Positions 15,101-25,305 of a stretch of DNA of 54,565 nt are shown here, piece by piece. Below the pieces are notes generated by a model. The model worked only from the letters and a program-made list of their open reading frames with translations. It was not told the origin of the DNA and searched no databases. Origin of the DNA: an uncultured Clostridia bacterium. Its GTDB lineage: Bacteria > Bacillota > Clostridia > Christensenellales > CAG-917. The first letter of the stretch is position 1. Every line of letters starts with the position of its first letter. Both the position numbers and the translations under genes were made by a program. The stretch covers positions 1 to 54,565 of the forward strand of contig CAMVBZ010000002.1 in the NCBI GenBank assembly GCA_947165815.1, read 5' to 3'.

Positions 15101-18100
15101 ACGAACTGCAAGCAGAGCAAACATGAGCCTTGTCAATGCTGCCCAAGAAGAACGTATCAACGTTTCGGGTGGTATCGTTTCTAATGTTCCTGTTACAAAC
15201 CTCCAAACTGTAAAGAAAAGTGTGAACTTTGAATTAGATGATGATGGTTCATATATCTTAAGAAAACCTTTAATCCTTAAAGAACGCATCATCAATCAAG
15301 ATACACACTATTTATATGACACAGAAACTAAAGTTACATTAGTCAATGGCTGTTTAGACATTACTGGCAAGTCCGGGATTACTTCCTATGTAAAGTTTTA
15401 TGACAAAAGTGTTAAGGAATACACTCTTACAAATACGTCTGGACTTAACTTTTTTGCTGAGCTCATTAACTCTTACAATGCTAATGATCACACACTTCTT
15501 ACCGTAAAAATCAACCACCAAGCTTTCTACACTGCCACTAATCATGATCTAGTTCACGCTCCTCGTGATAGAGTACTTTATAGATTTGTCAAAATTTATC
15601 AAAATTTCGATTTAGGAGATAATGCTTGGGTCATTGAGATTGTACATCCAGAGTTTAACACTATTACAGCATCTATGGACGAACAAGGTATTGATTTCAA
15701 TATGCTTTTAGACAATCCTTATGCAATCAGAGATTTGTACAACTATGGTGCTAATGGGACTACTAAAATCCTTGCTTACACATCCTATAACTATGACACT
15801 GATATGTTGAATGGCAACATTCCTGTACACAGACTTACAGAAGACAATCCTATCGAAGGTAAAGGATTTGTCATTCTTACGGCAGCAAACAGTAACAGTG
15901 CTCTTAATTTAATTTACTTAAAAGCTTTTATTACAAATACTATTAATAACCCTAACTTACGCTACTATTGTTGCTGGGAACGCTCTGCTACAGGTGCTGA
16001 ATGGAGTGTATGTCCAGAATTTTTAGAGAAATATGCTGCATCTTCGTACGTTGAAAAGAAAGTATCTGATATTACTTCAGAAGAATTTGAATCCTTACTT
16101 TTCGCAAATAAACTAACAGAAGCAGCATCATACCTTGTTACCAAGAAGCTTATTCCATTTGAAAATATAAATGATGAAAATGACCTAATTAAGAATCGTC
16201 CAGATGTCTTAAAGATTTCACGTACCAATATCGGTTACCACTATCGTTTCTGTATTTATGTAGATACTGGCAAAACACCTGCTCAAAAGTATTTAGACAA
16301 AAACGTTTCTAAAAACTATTTTACAAATGTCAATTTAGATACTGATACAAATAAAGACACTTTTGATACTAATGAAAGCTTTGAATATTCCACCTCTCGT
16401 GTTATGGGTGTTGATTATAATGACCCAGGACATGAAGGTGCAGATCCTAAAGTAGAAAATGGCATTATCACACTACGCCCTGGTAAAGTTGATAATGATA
16501 ATTTCTATTTAGGCAATTCATTAACTATTCAAGCTGACCCTTCCAAAAACATTAAAATTAAGAAGATTACACTTACTATTGCAGATGCTCTTGCTGGTGT
16601 TGATGAGAACCAACAACCTATTCAAACACAACAATCTTCAAATTTAGGATGGGTTGCTAATAGATATATCGACTATGGCACTTACGGAGGTACTGTAAGA
16701 ACAAGTGTTTCTATTATAGACACACTCCTAATGGGTGAAGATACTTCCCAAGCAATGCATGATAGATACGAAGAAGTATCTGAGGGCCCATGGTCAGGTT
16801 CTCGTATTGTTTTAACAAACTATGATCATGGCTATGAAGACCCAAGAGCTCAGGAATACCAAGGCTACGGCCCAACTAATGATGACTTATTCCTTGGCTA
16901 CCAAGACCTTGTAGGATGGTTCTTTGAATTTACAAGTTCCGGTATTGATTGGTGCGGTAACTCTGTAAATGCTGGTGACATAATTATCGCTACTCAATTA
17001 GGATGGGAATATGTTCAAAATCCACAATACTTTGACAGAACAAGCTCTAACCAACTTCTTGTGTCTAATATTGCTAATAGACGTTCTGTCTTTGCAGGTG
17101 AAAAAGTAACACTTTCCTTTGAAGGTTTAGATGTTCTTCCTAGTAAAGTAGTTATTTACAATACAGCATCAGCATACTATCAAGATCTTGAAAATCATAA
17201 TTTAAGATTTGCAGGTATTCGTATAGACTACGAAGAACCTTTAACAACTGCGGATACAACATCTACTTATGAAGTATCCTTCACTGGAAAGTTTAAGATT
17301 CAAGCAGATGCTAACGTAGTTACTGTTGAAGACCTTTCTAAACAACGTAGAGACATTTTCTATGGAGAAAAATTCTTTAAGGATGGCTCTTATAAGTTCT
17401 TTGCCCACGGCAATGTTTGGTATACAGATGTTGACTCAATGATCGTAAAAGCTTTAAATATTTTAAACTTCTCTACAGAAGTTACTAAAGTTCTTAGTTA
17501 TAGAAACTACTTCATTGTGTTCACACTTAAGGACATTTCTTTAGTCAAATTTAATCAAGACAACACTTACTCTATAAAACTTATTACTAGCACTTTAGGT
17601 CTTCCAAAGGTAGATGCTAAAACACCTGTTGTTATCTTGAACACAATATACTTTAAGTCTGGTGATAAAGTTTATAGACTTGTTCCAAACTTCTACGCTT
17701 CTAATGATGATAACTTAAATATTCACATTATTAGTACACCTATTGAAGAACTTTTCTCTCATACTGTAAATACTACATTTGAAAGCAATAACTTTGGGTA
17801 TACAGACACTCTCACATATAGAGTGTTTATCCCAACAAACGCTGGACAAACATATTGCTTCATTTACGATCTAGAAAGAAAAGCCTGGACGTTCCAAGAA
17901 TATCCACTTTCTCTTTTAGATACAGAAATCCTTGCGATTGATAAAGCTTATGTTAAATCTGGCAACGGAACATTCTTCTTCAAAGACAATCTCGAAGTAC
18001 TTCTTGAAAAAATCCGTTTACAACAATTCAGTGAAGTTGGATATATTGATGAGGTTGATGGTGAATCAGTTGATGTTTTTGTAGGAGGCTCTTATATAGA

Positions 18101-18695
18101 TGCTTTCTATAACGAAAACACACGCGTTATGGCATTCTTAACTTCTAAATACACTATGATTGACGCTAATGTAGTCTATTCAAAAATCCCATACGGGGAC
18201 TATGCACATAAAACACCTGAAGAACTTTATGAATATATCAATGAACAATCCTTAAAAATTGTTGCTGAAAATGATGTTAACTTTGAAGCTCTCAAAATTA
18301 CACCAATTTCATTTAGTATTGATTCAGGACAAAAGTCTTCAAACTATGCTCTAGATAAACAATTCCTAGAATCCAAGCTAATCTTTGCAACTTTACATCC
18401 AAAAGATATGTTCCCTGTTACTCTTGACATTATGACAGATGGTTCCCCACGCCCAATCCATTGGGATTGCAATACAGATAGTGCTCTTTGGAAAAACACA
18501 CTATCAGATATTGGGACACTCAACACAACGTTCCAGGATGTAAATGCTGATTACAATAGTATTTTAAGACAACTTATTGTAAAATATTCTGGTAAAGGAA
18601 AGACAATTAGACATGTTTTAACTGGCAAGTCAAAATATCGTTTCAAGTACATTTCCTTAAATACTAGATTTAGAGTTTTACCTAATAAACAATAG
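15093..18695 (+). CDS. Large virion/tail structural protein (1201 aa)
   Basis: ATG 15093 (MIKRTASRANMSLV...) has GAGGTGG upstream and overlaps the previous stop by 8 nt. The track start at 15045 lies inside the previous gene. Confidence 0.8.
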   Translation: MIKRTASRANMSLVNAAQEERINVSGGIVSNVPVTNLQTVKKSVNFELDDDGSYILRKPLILKERIINQDTHYLYDTETKVTLVNGCLDITGKSGITSYVKFYDKSVKEYTLTNTSGLNFFAELINSYNANDHTLLTVKINHQAFYTATNHDLVHAPRDRVLYRFVKIYQNFDLGDNAWVIEIVHPEFNTITASMDEQGIDFNMLLDNPYAIRDLYNYGANGTTKILAYTSYNYDTDMLNGNIPVHRLTEDNPIEGKGFVILTAANSNSALNLIYLKAFITNTINNPNLRYYCCWERSATGAEWSVCPEFLEKYAASSYVEKKVSDITSEEFESLLFANKLTEAASYLVTKKLIPFENINDENDLIKNRPDVLKISRTNIGYHYRFCIYVDTGKTPAQKYLDKNVSKNYFTNVNLDTDTNKDTFDTNESFEYSTSRVMGVDYNDPGHEGADPKVENGIITLRPGKVDNDNFYLGNSLTIQADPSKNIKIKKITLTIADALAGVDENQQPIQTQQSSNLGWVANRYIDYGTYGGTVRTSVSIIDTLLMGEDTSQAMHDRYEEVSEGPWSGSRIVLTNYDHGYEDPRAQEYQGYGPTNDDLFLGYQDLVGWFFEFTSSGIDWCGNSVNAGDIIIATQLGWEYVQNPQYFDRTSSNQLLVSNIANRRSVFAGEKVTLSFEGLDVLPSKVVIYNTASAYYQDLENHNLRFAGIRIDYEEPLTTADTTSTYEVSFTGKFKIQADANVVTVEDLSKQRRDIFYGEKFFKDGSYKFFAHGNVWYTDVDSMIVKALNILNFSTEVTKVLSYRNYFIVFTLKDISLVKFNQDNTYSIKLITSTLGLPKVDAKTPVVILNTIYFKSGDKVYRLVPNFYASNDDNLNIHIISTPIEELFSHTVNTTFESNNFGYTDTLTYRVFIPTNAGQTYCFIYDLERKAWTFQEYPLSLLDTEILAIDKAYVKSGNGTFFFKDNLEVLLEKIRLQQFSEVGYIDEVDGESVDVFVGGSYIDAFYNENTRVMAFLTSKYTMIDANVVYSKIPYGDYAHKTPEELYEYINEQSLKIVAENDVNFEALKITPISFSIDSGQKSSNYALDKQFLESKLIFATLHPKDMFPVTLDIMTDGSPRPIHWDCNTDSALWKNTLSDIGTLNTTFQDVNADYNSILRQLIVKYSGKGKTIRHVLTGKSKYRFKYISLNTRFRVLPNKQ

Positions 18696-18706
18696 GAGGC
18701 TAACTT

Positions 18707-19633
18707 ATGGCTGATAAATATGTACAAATGCATCCATTAAACGAAACAAAAACAGCATTAGATGAATCTGTTAATGTCTACCCATTGATTGGGCCAAATA
18801 GTTTTAAGAATTTTAATCCAGAAGCTGCAACAGAACCCGATGTGTTTAAACCCCAAGAAAAGCTTGTTTCAGGCGAAAATATCAAATCTCTGGCATTTAG
18901 TGAAAAGCAACCAGCAGCAAGTCTTCTTGGTAGTGGTGTTTTAAATCTTCCACTTTTAGACCTTCTTTATCCAGTTGGGTCTATCTACATGTGTGCAGAA
19001 GATAAATTTGACGGAATATGTCCAATACAACAACTATTAGGAGGTACTTGGGTACGTATTAAAGACAAATTTATGTATGCTGCAGGTGATAATGATGAAC
19101 TTGGTGCAACAGGCGGTTCAAAAGATGCTGTTATTGTAGCACACTCCCACGAAATGACAGAAGCCCATTTAGAAACAACTGCTAATAAAAACCTTAATAT
19201 TGAATATGGTATTGGTGACTGTATTTTTATCCAAGGATTGTGGGGAAAAGACCTAAAACCTAACATCGGTTCTAAAGCTCTGGATGGTGACCAAACTACT
19301 AAAGATTTTATGTATGGTATGCAAGACTATAGTGGCGGAAATCCTACCAATGTCCCAATGGATATGCAACTAGATACCTATGTAAAAATATCAAAAGTAT
19401 CTCTTAATACAGGATATTCTTTCACCCTTAGAGATATAAACTTAAACGGACTAATGGCAACTCATACGCGTCCTGGATATAAATTAAAAATGGAGCTTGC
19501 TCACGAACACACTATTCCAAATCATAAGCATACAATTACAGCTGAAGGTGTAGATGGTACAGGTAAAAATATGCCTCCTTATCTTGTTGTTTATATGTGG
19601 AAACGTGTTGAAGAAGTAGAAAGTGAGGAATAG
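18707..19633 (+). CDS. Receptor-binding/tail-fibre-like protein with a PVGSIY...GGTW and HxH-motif domain
   Basis: LYPVGSIYM...LGGTWVRIKDKF...GATGGSKDAVIVAHSHEMT...ELAHEHTIPNHKHT resembles the metal-binding HxH tips of T4 gp12/gp10-type fibre domains. Confidence 0.6.
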   Translation: MADKYVQMHPLNETKTALDESVNVYPLIGPNSFKNFNPEAATEPDVFKPQEKLVSGENIKSLAFSEKQPAASLLGSGVLNLPLLDLLYPVGSIYMCAEDKFDGICPIQQLLGGTWVRIKDKFMYAAGDNDELGATGGSKDAVIVAHSHEMTEAHLETTANKNLNIEYGIGDCIFIQGLWGKDLKPNIGSKALDGDQTTKDFMYGMQDYSGGNPTNVPMDMQLDTYVKISKVSLNTGYSFTLRDINLNGLMATHTRPGYKLKMELAHEHTIPNHKHTITAEGVDGTGKNMPPYLVVYMWKRVEEVESEE

Positions 19634-19634
19634 T

Positions 19635-20267
19635 ATGGAAGAATTAACGCCTTTAACTCCAGAAGAATTACAAAATGCTCTTAATGATTTCATTAACCAT
19701 TTTGATAATGATAATTTTTCAGAAACGGCTTTACTTTCTCTCAAGAAAACTTTCCAAACACACAACATTACAATTCAAGACTGGAATGCAGTCATAGAGT
19801 TCCTAGAACAAAATGTTAGAGATGTAGAAGCTTTACGATCATTACTTCACGAATTATCCGTATACGTAGTAAACGATAGTAACACTTATGTTTCTGTCTT
19901 ACCAGACGGTGATCCTATTCCTGTCATAACTAAAGATGGTCGCTTGATTCAAGGTAAAGTCTTTATTAAACCAATTACATCACACGAAAACGTAGAAGGT
20001 TTACAAAAAGAAATCACAGACAAACTTCCTATTGTTTCCGAGCAACAACCTCAATCCGGATTTGTCCAAAATCAAGTATGGATTGATATAAATCCTGGAG
20101 AAGGTAATAATGAATCCGAAGTTTTAGAACCTAATTATCCAGGATATATCAATCCAGTTCACGATGGTGTTATTCAAGAAACACCTCAAGAGAATTTGAT
20201 TGAAGATTTAGTCTTTGATAATGAGGAAAATAATGATAACATTATATTAATCGAAGGAGAAAATTAA
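19635..20267 (+). CDS. Hypothetical tail-module protein (210 aa)
   Basis: ATG 19635 lies 1 nt after the previous stop, with a GAGGAA RBS (the track start at 19623 is GTG). Confidence 0.7.
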   Translation: MEELTPLTPEELQNALNDFINHFDNDNFSETALLSLKKTFQTHNITIQDWNAVIEFLEQNVRDVEALRSLLHELSVYVVNDSNTYVSVLPDGDPIPVITKDGRLIQGKVFIKPITSHENVEGLQKEITDKLPIVSEQQPQSGFVQNQVWIDINPGEGNNESEVLEPNYPGYINPVHDGVIQETPQENLIEDLVFDNEENNDNIILIEGEN

Positions 20268-20269
20268 TA

Positions 20270-20701
20270 ATGGCACGCATCTTAGTAAACTACACTTATA
20301 ACAAAGCTAAGGACGAATACAAGATATTAGATTATACTTGTGGCGTTCTAGCAGATATGAAAGTCGCAATCTTAGAATTAGAGGAAGACATTAATGAACC
20401 TCTAGTTGTTCCTATTAATGACATGATGACAGTTGTTGACAGAGCTAGTTATGAACTTACACACAGAAAGTTCTGTTTAGTTGCTGATGAAACTGGAGAT
20501 GTTATCGAACATCCAAAAGGCAAAGTATTTTGGTTTCCTAAAGATACCGATGTTTCAAAACTCAGGCTTATCAATGGGCGTATCGTAATGGTTGAAGAAG
20601 ATCCTGTTGAAGAAACAGATGAACATCCTATTGAAGAACACCCCGTTGAACCAAAGAAAGTTACAAAACCTAGAAAACCAAAAATAAAAACGGAGGCTTA
20701 A
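20270..20701 (+). CDS. Hypothetical tail-module protein (143 aa)
   Basis: ORF track. AAGGAGA RBS. Acidic and proline-rich C-terminus. Confidence 0.7.
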   Translation: MARILVNYTYNKAKDEYKILDYTCGVLADMKVAILELEEDINEPLVVPINDMMTVVDRASYELTHRKFCLVADETGDVIEHPKGKVFWFPKDTDVSKLRLINGRIVMVEEDPVEETDEHPIEEHPVEPKKVTKPRKPKIKTEA

Positions 20702-20704
20702 TTT

Positions 20705-22114
20705 ATGGCAACAAACGCGGTATACAAAATATACAACGGATCATCTTGGGTAGAATACTACTTAAAGACAAGTGCAGCTCAGGTTGTAATGACTAATGCT
20801 AGAAAGTTCATTACTTCCGAAACTAAAGTTAACGGACAAGCATTTACGCTTGGGTCTAGTGACAACACAGCAACTGTTACAATCAACGGCACACACATCA
20901 CTGGTAGTGCTGCTGCTCCAAGTGGGCATACCTTAACTAATATTTCAGCAAGTGATACTGTTGCTGCTGCTCTTGGCAAATTAGATAAGGGTGTTCAAGA
21001 CGCAAAAGCAGCAGTGCCATCTGGAGTTTTAACTACAGACAATTATGCACAAACATTAGGTAGTGTTTATGCAGCTATTGGACACAATCACTCAGGTGTC
21101 TATCAACCTTTAGACGCTGACTTAACTGCTATCGCTAATATCTCTACAAATGGTTATCTAAAGAGAACAGGTGCTAACACTTGGGCAGTTGAAGACAAAA
21201 CTTTTGTTGAAACATCAAGAACTATCAATGGAAAGGCATTGTCCAGCAATGTTGTTTTATATGCAACTGATATTTATATGGATAACAGTGGATATAGTTC
21301 AACAATCAGTTCAGCAATGTTTGAAATTGAAAAACTTGCAAATGGTCACAATCTGACCCTCGTTTTAGATTACAATAGCAAAGACGGTAGCACAGCGATT
21401 GGCAACGGAGAGTTCAATTCTCAAGCAGATACAATCACACTACCATATAAATGGGTTAGTGGTGACCAAGATAGAAATAAAAGTCAAGTAAAAATTAGTG
21501 CTTCCAGTGATATGTATCACCATTCTCCTGTTATTGGGGTGGTTAAAAACTGGAACTACTTTAGTTTGAAAATAGGTGACGTTATTTATGTTAGCAACAG
21601 TGAAGTCCCAGACCGTTGGGTTTCTGCTGTTGACACTGATATGAATATGATTACATTTTCCAAATTAGAAACAGCGAAACCAGATATGAGTTGGAACGCT
21701 ATCACTGGCAAACCAACAACACTCGGTGGTTATGGCATCACAGATGCTAAGATTGAAAATGGTGTTATTACTTTAGGTAGCAACACAATCAAGCCTTTAA
21801 CATCTCACCAAGACATTAGTGGTAAAGCACCAAACAACCATGCTTCTAGTGCTACAACTTATGGTTTAGGTACATCAAGCGTTTACGGCCATGTAAAACT
21901 TGTTACTGGTGATTTGAATGGTAAATCTGCTGCTGATGGTATGGCAGCTTCTCAATCCCATACACACAGTCAATACTTAACATCTCACCAAAGCTTAGCA
22001 GGTTATGCTACTCAAACTTGGGTCGGTCAACAAGGCTATGTTAAATGTACAGCAGGTGGTTCCGCTCCATCTAGCCCAAACACAGGTGATATTTGGATTG
22101 ATACTAACAACTAG
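20705..22114 (+). CDS. Tail fibre protein (469 aa)
   Basis: Fibre-like G/S/T/A-rich sequence. HNHSGVYQPLDADLTAIANIS. Repeated LTSHQ-x-x-x-G motifs. The N-terminus MATNAVYKIYNGSSWV is shared with the next gene. Confidence 0.6.
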   Translation: MATNAVYKIYNGSSWVEYYLKTSAAQVVMTNARKFITSETKVNGQAFTLGSSDNTATVTINGTHITGSAAAPSGHTLTNISASDTVAAALGKLDKGVQDAKAAVPSGVLTTDNYAQTLGSVYAAIGHNHSGVYQPLDADLTAIANISTNGYLKRTGANTWAVEDKTFVETSRTINGKALSSNVVLYATDIYMDNSGYSSTISSAMFEIEKLANGHNLTLVLDYNSKDGSTAIGNGEFNSQADTITLPYKWVSGDQDRNKSQVKISASSDMYHHSPVIGVVKNWNYFSLKIGDVIYVSNSEVPDRWVSAVDTDMNMITFSKLETAKPDMSWNAITGKPTTLGGYGITDAKIENGVITLGSNTIKPLTSHQDISGKAPNNHASSATTYGLGTSSVYGHVKLVTGDLNGKSAADGMAASQSHTHSQYLTSHQSLAGYATQTWVGQQGYVKCTAGGSAPSSPNTGDIWIDTNN

Positions 22115-22129
22115 TAAAGGAGTCCCACT

Positions 22130-22759
22130 ATGGCAACTTTTAAATACTATAATGGTTCTCAGTGGGTTGCTTTAAATCCTGTATCAGGTGCCAATGACGG
22201 AACAAACTGGACATCCCTCACTATCAATGGTGTGACTAAAAGCATTCCCTCTAATGGGGGTACTGTTACAAGCGTTACTGCAGGAACTGGTTTGTCTATT
22301 GGTGGAACTGCTAGTGTTAACCCAACAGTTAATATCGCTTCTGGTTATAAACTCCCAACAACCACACAATGGAACAATAAGTCTAATCTACTTTATAGAC
22401 ATACTATAACTGTTGAAGGAATAAATGATGGATTTTATTATATGTTCTCATATATTTCATCATCATCAATCGAAGCAACAACACCTTCTCTTCTATATAA
22501 TCTCATAGCAAATAACCAAACTATAACAAATTCTGTTAAATATAAATATGGTGTTGGTGGTATGGCTTATGATGAGAATAATGACATGCAGTATCCGTTA
22601 TTAGGAATAGGAGTATATAAACCTACTAAATTATCAAGTAAAATTGTTTTTTCAATATTGCCAGATGACTGGACACATTTGACTCAAGAATATGCAGTTG
22701 AAGACAATAGCTTAAGAATTAGTGATAATGTAGAACCAATTTCTAACACAATGTTATAA
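22130..22759 (+). CDS. Second tail fibre/receptor-binding protein (209 aa)
   Basis: The N-terminus MATFKYYNGSQWV is similar to the preceding fibre. TVTSVTAGTGLSIGGTASVNPTVNIA is a fibre-repeat-like tract. Confidence 0.5.
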   Translation: MATFKYYNGSQWVALNPVSGANDGTNWTSLTINGVTKSIPSNGGTVTSVTAGTGLSIGGTASVNPTVNIASGYKLPTTTQWNNKSNLLYRHTITVEGINDGFYYMFSYISSSSIEATTPSLLYNLIANNQTITNSVKYKYGVGGMAYDENNDMQYPLLGIGVYKPTKLSSKIVFSILPDDWTHLTQEYAVEDNSLRISDNVEPISNTML

Positions 22760-22772
22760 CACAAACTATCAA

Positions 22773-22810
22773 AAGAGCCACGTACAACGTTAAGTATGGC
22801 TCTTTTCTTA
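22773..22810 (+). terminator. Rho-independent terminator ending the tail module
   Basis: AAGAGCCA...TGGCTCTT 8-bp stem (16-nt loop with inner TAC/GTA pairing) followed by TTCTTAAT. Confidence 0.65.
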
Positions 22811-22833
22811 ATCTAAAAGAAAACAAATGTATA

Positions 22834-22863
22834 TTGTTAATTTTTTGACAAGTATTGTATAAT
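22834..22863 (+). promoter_or_regulatory. Promoter (TTGTTA-N18-TATAAT, TG adjacent) carrying the conserved 24-nt motif TTTTTTGACAAGTATTGTATAATA
   Basis: Read directly. 21 of 24 bases match a second copy at 28756-28779. Confidence 0.5.
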
Positions 22864-22884
22864 ACTATTAAAAGGAGCATACGT

Positions 22885-23187
22885 ATGAATAAAGTTGAAA
22901 AAATTAATCCTGCAACAGGCAACGTTGCCTCAAACAGAGTAGTTGTTAACAATAAAATTTTTCAAGAGATTATTAACGCAGTTAATACTAATGCTGAAAC
23001 AACAAATAAAATTATTGACGTTGTAGCTCTTTTAGAACAAAAAATTACAGACTTAACTAAAGGTACAAATGATAAATTTGAAGAAGTCTTATCAGCTATT
23101 GATTCCATAAAGGCATCTGTATCAAAGAATGAAAACAATTTAACATCTTTAGCCAAGGCTGTAGCTACACTTCAAGGAATAAATTAA
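22885..23187 (+). CDS. Coiled-coil hypothetical protein (101 aa)
   Basis: ATG 22885 has AAAGGAG 7 nt upstream (the track start at 22855 overlaps the promoter). Confidence 0.7.
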   Translation: MNKVEKINPATGNVASNRVVVNNKIFQEIINAVNTNAETTNKIIDVVALLEQKITDLTKGTNDKFEEVLSAIDSIKASVSKNENNLTSLAKAVATLQGIN

Positions 23188-23198
23188 GGAGATCGTCT

Positions 23199-24083
23199 AT
23201 GTTCAAAATTCTATTTCTCACGGCTTTAGCCTCTGCAACCATTGCAAGCGGGCCAAACATCCAATTTACAAGTGATAGTGTATACACAAAGAATGACATT
23301 ATCTCCTGTGAAATTATCGAAATCCCAAATGCCGAAACTGGCGAAATTTCAAAAGACCTCATCATCAAAGAAAAACAACTCTTAGGTTATTCAATCTATG
23401 ACAACCAAGAAACCGATTATATCGATGGCTTAAAAATCGATGGTGAATGGGTCACTGGTTGGAGAGTTAAAAACTTTGATGATTCAGAAGATGCAGTGCA
23501 TACTTTCCAGGTAAAAACAGTATACACTGATGATGCTGCAGGTATGCTAATGGCAGCTAAAGATGGTGATTGGTCTAAACTTTTATCTAACCCATTAATC
23601 CTCTTACAAATGTTCTATTACATTTTAGCGGCATTCTCCATCTTATTTGGTATTATCTTTGGTACTAAACACAAAGGTAAGGCTATTAAGACTGCTAATG
23701 ATTTCGGTTTAGAATTGAATAATGTCTTCGCACAAAAAGTTGATGTGCTCGCCACCAATACAGAATCTGCCATTGAAAAATATGTAGATGCATTGCTTAT
23801 GCCAGTAATCGGTGAGATGCAAGCTCAAAATAAAGATTTACTTTCTGCACTTATTCTTTCACAATCTGGTGATGAAAAAGCAAAACTTGCATTAATCGAC
23901 TTATTAAAGAACTCTGCTAATAAAGACGTTAACTTAATGTCAGAACAAATTAAGAAAGCTATTAAAGATTTCAATCTTCAAAAAGAACTCTTAAAGGCTA
24001 CTGCAGAGAATACCATCAAAGAAATTGCAAACGGAAATTCTTCAGAGAACAAAGGAACAACGGATAACGGTACATCCATTTAA
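23199..24083 (+). CDS. Membrane protein with an N-terminal signal-like sequence, one central TM helix and a coiled-coil tail (294 aa)
   Basis: MFKILFLTALASATIASG at the N-terminus. Hydrophobic LILLQMFYYILAAFSILFGIIFG mid-protein. Confidence 0.75.
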   Translation: MFKILFLTALASATIASGPNIQFTSDSVYTKNDIISCEIIEIPNAETGEISKDLIIKEKQLLGYSIYDNQETDYIDGLKIDGEWVTGWRVKNFDDSEDAVHTFQVKTVYTDDAAGMLMAAKDGDWSKLLSNPLILLQMFYYILAAFSILFGIIFGTKHKGKAIKTANDFGLELNNVFAQKVDVLATNTESAIEKYVDALLMPVIGEMQAQNKDLLSALILSQSGDEKAKLALIDLLKNSANKDVNLMSEQIKKAIKDFNLQKELLKATAENTIKEIANGNSSENKGTTDNGTSI

Positions 24084-24086
24084 CTT

Positions 24087-24296
24087 ATGAAAAAGAAAAA
24101 CGCTACACTTATAATCTCACTTATCATTCTAGTCATTATAGCTATTGCTTTCCTCTTTATAGGGTATGCAATTTCAGGAGCAGATATTATAGCTTGGCTT
24201 AAATCTAAGTGGGCTATAACACTCTATGTTGCAATAACAGTATACGCACTTATTGTTGCAGGCATTCTTATAAGAGAAAGGATTAAAAAATTATGA
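24087..24296 (+). CDS. Small two-TM membrane protein (69 aa); holin-like topology
   Basis: Basic N-terminus MKKKN, two hydrophobic helices and a basic C-terminus RERIKKL. ATGA overlap with the next gene. Confidence 0.7.
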   Translation: MKKKNATLIISLIILVIIAIAFLFIGYAISGADIIAWLKSKWAITLYVAITVYALIVAGILIRERIKKL

Positions 24297-25267
24297 GTAG
24301 ATCACCAGAAGACCTCGTAAAGGCCGCTTCTAAATACGTTACGAAGAAAATCTTATTAGGTGTCACTGCCTTACTCATAGGTATGGCAATGATCGTCTTG
24401 TTCTCATTTGTTCCGTTTACCTGGGAACCAGATAACCTTAAATCAAATGAATTTATAACAGATACTCTTATCATCATAGCAATTACTATTCTAGGTATGG
24501 TGTGCCTGATATTCATTTCACAGGCAACTAATGCTAACAATCCAGCAAGTAGAATTGCCAAAGCTTCCGCAGCCTTTAAAGGTACGAAAGAACGTATCAC
24601 AGATAAGCACCGCTTTAAACAATGGATTAAAACTGTACAACAACCAAGAGATATTCTTGCGATTAAAGAGCGTACACTTTTCCAGGCAGGTATCGAAGAC
24701 ATCACAATCTTAAGTTTATCTGTTCCAGAAATACAATCCTTAACAAATCAAGCTCAGCTTATCAATGATACTCCTTATCCAGCATTATCTGAGGAGCAAG
24801 TAAAAGTCTGTCTTAAAGTAAAAGACGGATTAAAAGTCAAACTTCCTCCTCCAGAATATTACTTATCAGCAAAAACTATTTCTGATTCTAGAACACCATC
24901 AGAGCGTGCTAATAGTGAAGGTAGAAAGAAAAGAGATTTCGCTTTAGTTTCTATCGTTTCAAAAATCATTATAGTTATTGTAGTATCAATGATCTTCACA
25001 ATGTTTGCTAGAGATCTTGCTACTAAATTAGATGTCGGTAAAGCCTCTGCTAAATTTGCAGTTCGTATGATGAACTTATTCTCATCCATGTTTATGGGAT
25101 TCATTGTCGGAGGCCAGTTAAACGACATCGATGCAGAGTACGTAGAAATGCGTACTGAAATTCACGAAGAATATCTTGCAGACGATAAGTTTGAAACCAA
25201 ATCTATTAAGCAAGAAGCATTAGAGGAAATCAAACAACGTTCGCAACAAGATACGTTAGACAAATAA
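24293..25267 (+). CDS. Polytopic membrane protein (324 aa, about 4 TM helices around a soluble central domain)
   Basis: Hydrophobic segments LLGVTALLIGMAMIVLFSFVPF, LIIIAITILGMVCLIFIS, FALVSIVSKIIIVIVVSMIFTMFA and MMNLFSSMFMGFIVGG. Confidence 0.75.
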   Translation: MSRSPEDLVKAASKYVTKKILLGVTALLIGMAMIVLFSFVPFTWEPDNLKSNEFITDTLIIIAITILGMVCLIFISQATNANNPASRIAKASAAFKGTKERITDKHRFKQWIKTVQQPRDILAIKERTLFQAGIEDITILSLSVPEIQSLTNQAQLINDTPYPALSEEQVKVCLKVKDGLKVKLPPPEYYLSAKTISDSRTPSERANSEGRKKRDFALVSIVSKIIIVIVVSMIFTMFARDLATKLDVGKASAKFAVRMMNLFSSMFMGFIVGGQLNDIDAEYVEMRTEIHEEYLADDKFETKSIKQEALEEIKQRSQQDTLDK

Positions 25268-25305
25268 CGTCAAATAAACTATACTAAAGTAAAGGAGCTA
25301 AAATT

